A stretch of DNA of 64,000 nucleotides, taken from positions 1,054,001 to 1,118,000 of the forward strand of contig OZ361260.1 in assembly GCA_977018835.1 (NCBI GenBank), given 5' to 3'. Of the stretch, positions 56,640 to 64,000 are shown piece after piece. Made by a program: the position numbers and the translations under genes. Each line of letters starts with the position of its first letter. The stretch's first letter is position 1. The DNA is from Minutocellus sp. GHC0000111. Lineage: Eukaryota. Below the pieces are notes generated by a model. That model searched no databases, was not told the DNA's origin, and was given only the letters and a program-made list of their open reading frames with translations.

Positions 56640-59600
56640 ATGGCCGCCCCGCCGTCGTTCAACTTTGCCCCGGCCCCGGAGGAGCAGGTGCGTTTCGGTG
56701 TATGTTTGGGCTTTGGGCTGTGGTATTGGAGGCTTTCAGTTGCGTGCTGCAGACGCGGGTATCTTGGGAAGTTATGCCGATAAATGAGTGAGGTGCACCG
56801 ACCGACGAATGTTTATGCGTCTAACCTCGGAACGATCCCCGACGGATGGAATCAGTATTATTGTGGCATTAATATCTCTTCACTAACACATCTTGTTTAA
56901 TTGTTTTGCTTCACGTTATGTGCTCGAATCTTGTGGTCCCTCCAATCCATGCGTTGAACTTTTTTGGGTGTTCGATGGAATGAATCTGGTTCCCCTCCGA
57001 TGTGGTAATGCGATATGCGTGGCCGTTGGAATCGCCTTGCGTCTCTCTTTGATACTGAACAAAATGCATTCGGATGTATCGTCTTGTTTTTGTGAAACCG
57101 ACGCATGATGTTGCGGTGCTTATGAATAAAATAACACGAACATAACAGGCGTACTACGCCGCATTGTTCCAGGCGGCCGACACCACCCGGTCGGGTGCCC
57201 TGGCGGGCAAGGAGGCGGTCGCCTTCCTGGCCACCTCGGGCGTCCCCATGGACACCCTCAAGAACATTTGGACCATGGTCGACACCAGCCCCAAAACTTC
57301 CTCTCTGGATCCGCGCAAATGCCGTCCGGCTCATCCAGCTGCATCAGAACGGCCGGCGTCCAACCGATGCCTCGCTGAGCTGTCCCCCCGGAGTGAGTTT
57401 GCGTCCGCCGATGTTTGAGGGGATCAGCGGCGTGAGCATTCCGTTGCCGGGTGCCGGTGGTCCTCCGCCGGCTGCTCAGCAACCTCCTGCCCAGCCGCAG
57501 CAGCAACAGCCGCAGCCACCCATGCAGCAGCAACAGCCTCCTCAGCCTCAACCTTCGGCCGACCCATCATCCACGGCCCTGGCAGCCCAAGATCCCTACG
57601 TGGCGTACCCCCAGGAACTGTCCCGCTACGACGTCCTGTTCCCCCAATACGCCAAGGACGACGGATACATCTACGGTGCCGAAGCCGTCGCCCTGTTTAG
57701 CAAATCGGGTGCCGACAAGGCCGCCCTACGGAGCATCTGGACCATGGTCGATACCGACCCGGTCGACAATCGGCTGGACAAGTTGGAATTTGCCCTGGCG
57801 ATGCATCTGATTGTTTGCATTACCAAGAAGGGTTTGCCGGTCCCGCCCTCGTTGCCTCCCAGCTTGAAGGCTTTGAAGGATCAGCAGTCCGGTGGTGGCG
57901 GTGCTCCTGGCCCTCAGGGTCAGGGAGGACAGCAGCCTCCCGTCCCCCCGTCACCGGCGAGGACCGTCCAGACCATCCCCTCCCCGACGATGCAGGGTCG
58001 GCAGATGGCGTCTGGACAGCAGATGATGCAGGGACAGCAGATGGGCCAAGGCCAGGGTCCGCCTCCCATGATGCCCGGTATGGGCGTCCCGCCACCTACC
58101 GAGCAGCAGCCTCAGATGCAGGGTGGTCAGATGCAGATGCAACAGCCTCAGATGCAGCAGCCGCAAATGCAGATGCAGGGCGTACCAGCCGTCGCCAGCA
58201 TGGGCAGCGGTATGGGTGGGAGCATGGCCGGACCGCCGCCCCTCGCGGCGCCCGGCGGTGCCTCCATCAGCGATGCCTTTGAGGGCCTGGCCCCCGGTCC
58301 CTCCATGTCGTCGGTCGGTGGTGGCGCTTCCGTGACCGGCGGTGCCTCCTACACTGCCGGTGGTGGTGCCTCCTACACTGCCGGTGCGTACAATGCCCCA
58401 CCGTCGCCCAAGGCCGAGGCTCCACCCGCCGTGGTGGTGCCCAACGTGCAGCAGCCCCAGCCGGAGCCGTTGGCGGTTCCCACCCCTCACGTGGAGGTTC
58501 CCCAGCCAGCCGCCGCGGATAATATTCCCGCCCCAACTCCCGTTGCCGCCAACCGGGCTGCGCCCGCCGTTGCGCACGACAGCCACGGCGAACTCGCCAC
58601 GCTCCAGGCCACCCTGCAAAAGCTGCAGGCCGAGAACATTTCCCTCAAGGCCAAGCTCGGCGATGTGTCCGAGGAGGAGGCCGAGGTACGCAAGGAGATT
58701 GGCACCACCGTGGCCGAGATTGGACGGCTCAGTCAGGAGCTGACCGGACTGAGGGAGAAGGTGGCCGATGCCAAGGCCGCACTGATCGAGGCTACCGCCG
58801 AGCTCAAGGCTCAGAAGGAGAAGAAGGGGTGAGTTTCTTTTTTGTTGAGTTGCGAACATGACCAAGCATGTGCCTGGGTTTGTACTGCTGAAATTTGTGT
58901 TGGTGAATCGCAATACCATATGGGATATCATATGTCTAACTTGTTGCTTCTTTCTGGCATTTCTCTGTTCTTTAGCATGGTGACGGATCTGATTGACGAC
59001 ACCAACCAAACACTTGATGCTTTGAATGATGTCCGTGGCAGCATTCAGGACTTGCAGGCTACCGACGCCCGCATTGAACAGCAGCAAAAGGAGCGGAATG
59101 CGGCCGGCAATGCGTTTGAGTCTGGTCTCTTTGAGGGGTTTGGTGATGCCCCAACTCCGGCACCTGCTGTTGCGGCTGAGCCGGCACAGGTCCCTGAGCC
59201 AGAGGCTTCTGCACCTGCCCCCATGGCTGCAGAGCCTGCTCTTGCACCGGCTCCCGTCGAGCAACCTGATTACATGCGGGCCTCGGCTCCGGAATATGGC
59301 GGTGTTATGGGAGGTGCCGCGTCTGCCGTTGCTTCCTCGTACGAGCAACCGGCAATGGCCCCGATGGGAGGTACGAGCATGACAAATGCTCCGTCGGCTC
59401 TCAACCCCGATTCTTTCGGCCACAATAGTTCCATGGGCGGCATTAGCCAATCGCTTTCAGCAGAAGAAATCGATGCCATCAAGCAGCAGGTGACAGAGCT
59501 TGATCGCAAGGCCGTCGCCGCGGAGGATTCTCAGCGTCAGCTCATGGCGCAGGCTGAAGCGCTTCGTCAGGAGGCTGAACAGGCAGAACTTGCTGCTGCA

Positions 59601-60285
59601 GAGAAGGCTTCAGCGGCGGAGGGCAAAAAGAAAAAGAAATTCGGCGGTGGAAAGAAGGGCGCTATGGTGCGTTTATCTTACAGGAATACATTTTGATTTC
59701 GCTTCCTCCATCACCACATGTTTGTCTAACAAGCCTTCTTCTCATTCTTACTTGGTATTACAGAAGGATGCCGATGCCGCACGTGCAGAGGCCCTACAGA
59801 AGAAGCAGGCCGCGGAAGCTGCTCAGGCCGCTCTCAGCAATGCTCAGGCCGAGGCGATCAGTGCCAAGCGTCAGGCGGATGAGCTTCGCATGAAGGCCGA
59901 GGAAGCTGAGCTTCAGGCTGCGTCGGAGGCATCAATGCAGCAACAGCAACAGCAGACCGCTGCGGCACCGCCAACACCAGCCGTCCCACAGATGGAAATG
60001 GGAGGCTACGCTGGATATGCCGCTGCTCCTCCTCCCATGGGCGGTATGCCCGAGAACAAACCGATGGACGGTGGAATGGCCAATGGCCACGGTATGATGG
60101 GAGGAGCACCGGCGCCAACTCAAGAGTACCAGTACCAACAGCAGCCCATGGGCGTGATGGGTGGCGGGGCTCCAATGGGTGGCATGCCCGCCGCAGACCA
60201 GATGAATGGTGGCGGCGGACCTGGTATCCCTACCCTGGAGGTCTCTCAGAATGACGATTACAGCAACCCTTTCGGCGGGTGGTAA
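56640..60285 (+). CDS. EH-domain (Eps15/Ede1-like) endocytic protein; introns 56688-57148, 58829-58975, 59667-59763; frameshift at ~57320
   Basis: Two EH domains (EAVAFLATSG..LKNIWTMVD; EAVALFSKSG..LRSIWTMVD..LDKLEFALAMHLI), coiled coil and terminal NPF. GT..AG introns restore the frames. Confidence 0.85.
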
Positions 60286-60528
60286 AGTTCTAAGCATGCC
60301 CATGCATATTCTCTTCTTCAGGCCTTCAGAGAAAATAAGTACCAATCAATGATGGTCTTTCAGGCTACAGATTAGCATAGAATTATTGACTTGTGCTTTC
60401 GTTTACTACGAATTATATATATGTAAGTCGGTATGTCTCTAGACAGGTAGTGTTATGAAATCTGTTCATGTAGCAATGGTGAAGTGTAAATTTTCGTCGT
60501 TTTGTTTTCTTCGCATGCACATCTATAT

Positions 60529-61800
60529 TCATGCATGGAAGGCATTGGCCAGCGCAATGTTACTGAGAGTATCCTTGATAGCCTGGTGATTATCACCCAA
60601 TACCGACTGCTGTACCAGGAGCGCATCTTCAAACACAGCCGTGGCCTCCTCATAATGCTTCAGCCGGAACTTCATGTAGCCCAGATTGCACAACGAGGCC
60701 GCTGTGTGGAGCAAATCCAAATTCGAACGCGTCGATTCCGATCCCATGCAGTCCTCCAGGATATCCTTGGCGGTCTGGAACGACGCCAGCGCCTCGTCCT
60801 GCTTCTTCATTTGAAAGTACACGCATCCAATGTTGTTGTCGACCAGCGCCACTTTGGGATGATCGGGTCCAAGGGCCTGCACCCGGATGCGCTTGGCTTC
60901 CTCAAATATCTCCAGGGCATCTCCCGGCCTGTTTTGAGCAAAGTATTGGATGCCAATCTCATCGAGCGATTCGGCCACGATGGGATGCTCCGACCCGAAC
61001 GCCTGCTTCTTGGCCTCGGCGGCCTCACCAAAGAGCTCGATTGCCATCTGATCGTTGCCACCCTCCAGCAATCTCACCACTCCCAGATTGTGCAGGGTGA
61101 TGCCCAGCAGATATTTGTTATCGCCCTTGTTCAAGTGGCGCTTCTGATCCCTGACCACCTCCTCCAACTGTCCGATGGCCTTGTCGTACTCCCCCGCCCG
61201 AATGTGTCGAACGGCCGCCCGTTCCCGTCGGTTAAGGCTTCGGTCAAGATCGCCGGGGTAGCTGCTCTCGTACAATTCCAGAGGTACCATCTTGGTCTTG
61301 ACCCGTATGGCCGTTTGGGAGAGGTGTGCTGCAGCTTCCTCGGCGCTGGCATCGGCAAATCCAACCTTGTGCGTGTGGGGGTGGTTGACGTGCAACCTAT
61401 CGTCTTCGTGGCCGTCGTATTTCCCCTCCTCTAAATGTCCGATGCTGATCAGCCTCGTTGGGTCGGACGTGGAGAGCTGGTTGATGGTCTCCCGAACGCG
61501 CTGGGCGGGCGTCTGCTCGGCCTCGACGGAGCCTAGATTGATGCATTCCACACCATCCAGCTCGGTGTACAGGCTGTGCGGTTGGGTCACGTCGGCGTCG
61601 GATGGGCTGCCGCGTCGGGCGGTGGCACTTGTCGCGGACTTGAAGGATTTGAGGGCATTGTTGGCATCGCACATGCAATCTCCGAACAATGTGGAGAAGA
61701 TGGATAGCTTTCTGTTGGTGTTGGCAGCAATGCCAGATTGCGTTGATCTGGGCAGGTTGGCACCGCTTGGGCTCGCTTCGACTGACGTTGGCGACGACAT
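60529..61800 (-). CDS. TPR-repeat protein (kinesin-light-chain-like)
   Basis: TLHNLG, GSEHPIVAESLDEIG, LGPDHPKVA..NNIG, SLCNLG, LGDNH repeats. Confidence 0.85.
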   Translation of the reverse strand: MSSPTSVEASPSGANLPRSTQSGIAANTNRKLSIFSTLFGDCMCDANNALKSFKSATSATARRGSPSDADVTQPHSLYTELDGVECINLGSVEAEQTPAQRVRETINQLSTSDPTRLISIGHLEEGKYDGHEDDRLHVNHPHTHKVGFADASAEEAAAHLSQTAIRVKTKMVPLELYESSYPGDLDRSLNRRERAAVRHIRAGEYDKAIGQLEEVVRDQKRHLNKGDNKYLLGITLHNLGVVRLLEGGNDQMAIELFGEAAEAKKQAFGSEHPIVAESLDEIGIQYFAQNRPGDALEIFEEAKRIRVQALGPDHPKVALVDNNIGCVYFQMKKQDEALASFQTAKDILEDCMGSESTRSNLDLLHTAASLCNLGYMKFRLKHYEEATAVFEDALLVQQSVLGDNHQAIKDTLSNIALANAFHA

Positions 61801-62902
61801 GATGTGCCGATGTATGGATCCAAGGAATTCTTTTTCTTTGTGTTTCTCGGAGCTGCTACTTCAAGGTTGGAGTTGTTTATCTGGTCTTTTTGGTGGAACA
61901 CTGCTCGTAGCAATCAATATCTTTGAGTCTTTTTTCTTTCGGAGCGAATCAATGGATCTTTATGTGGGCTGAGTTGGCGAGGGTCTTCTTCTTTCCTTGC
62001 ATTCGCCTCCCAAGAAGCAAAATCAGCATGCGGCTTCTGTTTTGACTGCCTTGTGCTGTGATCGGCCGGCAAGCAACTTTCACTTTGATGTGGCCGAAAA
62101 CAAGTGAGCTGTGTCTGCCACGTCACATAGAAGTTCTTTATAGTGTTGTGAAAAATGAGATACTGTGGAAATGTTTCATTAATATGCATTATAAAACAGA
62201 TGTTTTTGGGACTTTTCATAAATTATTTGCATATGTCTACAAGCCTGCCTCGCTTTCGTGCACTTGTTGGAGGGAGCCCTGCAGCCCACCCCACAAAAGC
62301 TCGCCGTCGGCCCAACTCTCACCAGACTCAACCGACGGTCCCTGACGTTACGGCAAGCGTTAGGCGGCATTGAAGCATCAACCACACGCATCGAATGCAA
62401 GTCGAAGAGTAGCTGATCTTTTGATTGGTGCTTGCATTTCCTAAGTGAAAGCTTACCGGCGTATCTTTGGAACCAACACATCTTGTGCCGGTTTTTCTGT
62501 TCCAGAATTTATTCTGTGGCGGGAGCGGCAGAGCGCGCGGTACTGACTGCACTGGGTTTCATTCCCACCAACACGACTTGTGTTTCCCCAGAGGTGCTGT
62601 GTGTTTTGACATTCTCGCTACCTTAGGAGAAGTCATACACATTCATATCTGAGAGACCGCAGAGAGAGGTGCTTCTACTGGTGGGATTGGAATTGAAATT
62701 TTACATTTCGAATCGAGTCGTCGACGGCGGTGGCAGTAAGAGCGTTGGACGACCCAGAGGAGCAGCGGCAGCTTCTGTGCAGTTCAATTCGGATCGATCG
62801 TCTTGCAAGCCGGCAAAGTGACGTCGGTTTGGCCGATATTGACCTTTTGTCCAGTTTGATTTGATTTGTCCAGATCAGATAATTAGCAAACCAGCAACAG
62901 TC

Positions 62903-64000
62903 ATGCCCGAGAAGGCCCCGACCATGGCGTCGTCGTCGTACGACGAGGAGGCGAATAATCCGACCAACCTGTCGGGCGAATCGTGGGATCCGCAAATCAT
63001 TGCCGGCGGCGGCACCCCCTCGAAAGTCGGTCCGGGCGGGATGATCGACGTATCGCCCCGATCCCGCAGCTATCGAGAGCAGCAGCGGCGCAAGACGTTT
63101 GGCAAGCGAGGACAGCCGAGCCAGCATCGGCACATCACGTCGGATGCTGCGTCTGGGAATGATATGACTGCCCAGGCTGCCGCCCTCAGTGCCGCCGAGG
63201 GGGGACCCGCCGCCCCCTCGGCCCAGGTCGGTGTCGAGGTGACCCCCTCCAAAAGCAAAACCTACGCCGACAACGCCGCCTATGCTAAAAAGGATGACGA
63301 CGACGACTCCCTCCTCCGGGCCGCCACCGGCTCGGCCGAGGAGGCCGCGGCCGCCGAACGGGCCATGCGCGAGCACGAGCTTCGTGCTCAATCCAACCCC
63401 GTCCTAGCCTGCGTCGACAATGCCTCGGTCATGTTCCGCGAGAAGGTGAACTGCGAATACTTTGAAGAGCGGCAGCCGACTCCCCGCAAACAGCGTCCCG
63501 GGGCTCTCAACACCAGCGTCGGCAGTGCCGGCAGTGCCGGCAGCGCCGGGGGACGGGTGGTCACCGTCGGGGGTCAAACCACAACGACCCAATCCAGGAC
63601 GTTGTCCCCACCCTCGGTGCAGGGTGGGGTGGCCTCTCCCGTCCGCGAAATCATCGAGGAATCTGCCCAGATGGCCGACCGGCCCAGTCCTCACTCGGCC
63701 CGCAAGTCCCAGGCCTTCTTCTCCCAGTTCGACGTGAGCGTTGTCAAGTCCTCGAGCACCGATGCCGGTGACGAGGAGAATGGTGGCGCTGCTGCCGCTG
63801 CTGCCGCTGGTACGGCCGGTAGAGAGTATGAGGACGAAGACGAAGATATGCCGGAGGATGAGCTCAACGAGTCGAGGTCGCGCAGTCGGTCCAACTCGGC
63901 GGTTGGCACGGCGCGCGACGGTCCATCGCCCAGCAATACCGTCCCCCCTCCTCCTGCCGCCGATGGCAAGGTTGAGCAGAAGGTGGAAGAGGAGGAAGAG
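62903..64000 (+). CDS. Low-complexity protein, 5' part; runs off the window
   Basis: Own translation MPEKAPTMASSSYDEEANNP... is open to the window end; GC3-rich codons. Confidence 0.7.
   Translation, partial: MPEKAPTMASSSYDEEANNPTNLSGESWDPQIIAGGGTPSKVGPGGMIDVSPRSRSYREQQRRKTFGKRGQPSQHRHITSDAASGNDMTAQAAALSAAEGGPAAPSAQVGVEVTPSKSKTYADNAAYAKKDDDDDSLLRAATGSAEEAAAAERAMREHELRAQSNPVLACVDNASVMFREKVNCEYFEERQPTPRKQRPGALNTSVGSAGSAGSAGGRVVTVGGQTTTTQSRTLSPPSVQGGVASPVREIIEESAQMADRPSPHSARKSQAFFSQFDVSVVKSSSTDAGDEENGGAAAAAAAGTAGREYEDEDEDMPEDELNESRSRSRSNSAVGTARDGPSPSNTVPPPPAADGKVEQKVEEEEE

Overview
Gene-dense eukaryotic nuclear DNA, most likely from a diatom or other ochrophyte: short GT-AG introns, bipartite signal + 'AF' plastid presequences, and MYND/RING/Sel1 paralogues. 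It holds about 28 genes or gene remnants, including a WW protein, PEPCK, Deg protease, AKR, PIG-Z, glyoxalase-like proteins, UTP21, CobB/CbiA, GT47, LYR, LON-N/RING, GOLD, BTB, a Shugoshin-motif protein, enolase-phosphatase, an EH protein and a TPR protein. The unusual part is 13-29 kb. (1) A ~4.2 kb cassette (SWIM zinc-finger gene plus a large gene ending in a giant-virus-type HNH/EndoVII-like domain) sits in the last codons of a glyoxalase gene. It is followed by several alternative, mostly synonymously diverged copies of that gene's C-terminus, which looks like a repeatedly used, gene-restoring integration site. (2) A Transib/Chapaev-like DDE element has CACAGC termini whose internal box is offset by exactly 11 bp between the two ends, resembling RSS 12/23 asymmetry. 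(3) A ~4 kb inverted duplication creates an in-frame chimeric PIG-Z ORF. (4) A LINE endonuclease fragment with a 12-bp TSD interrupts a MYND gene. Many host genes across the window carry frameshifts or in-frame TGA codons. All family calls are from motif recognition by eye, not from database searches.
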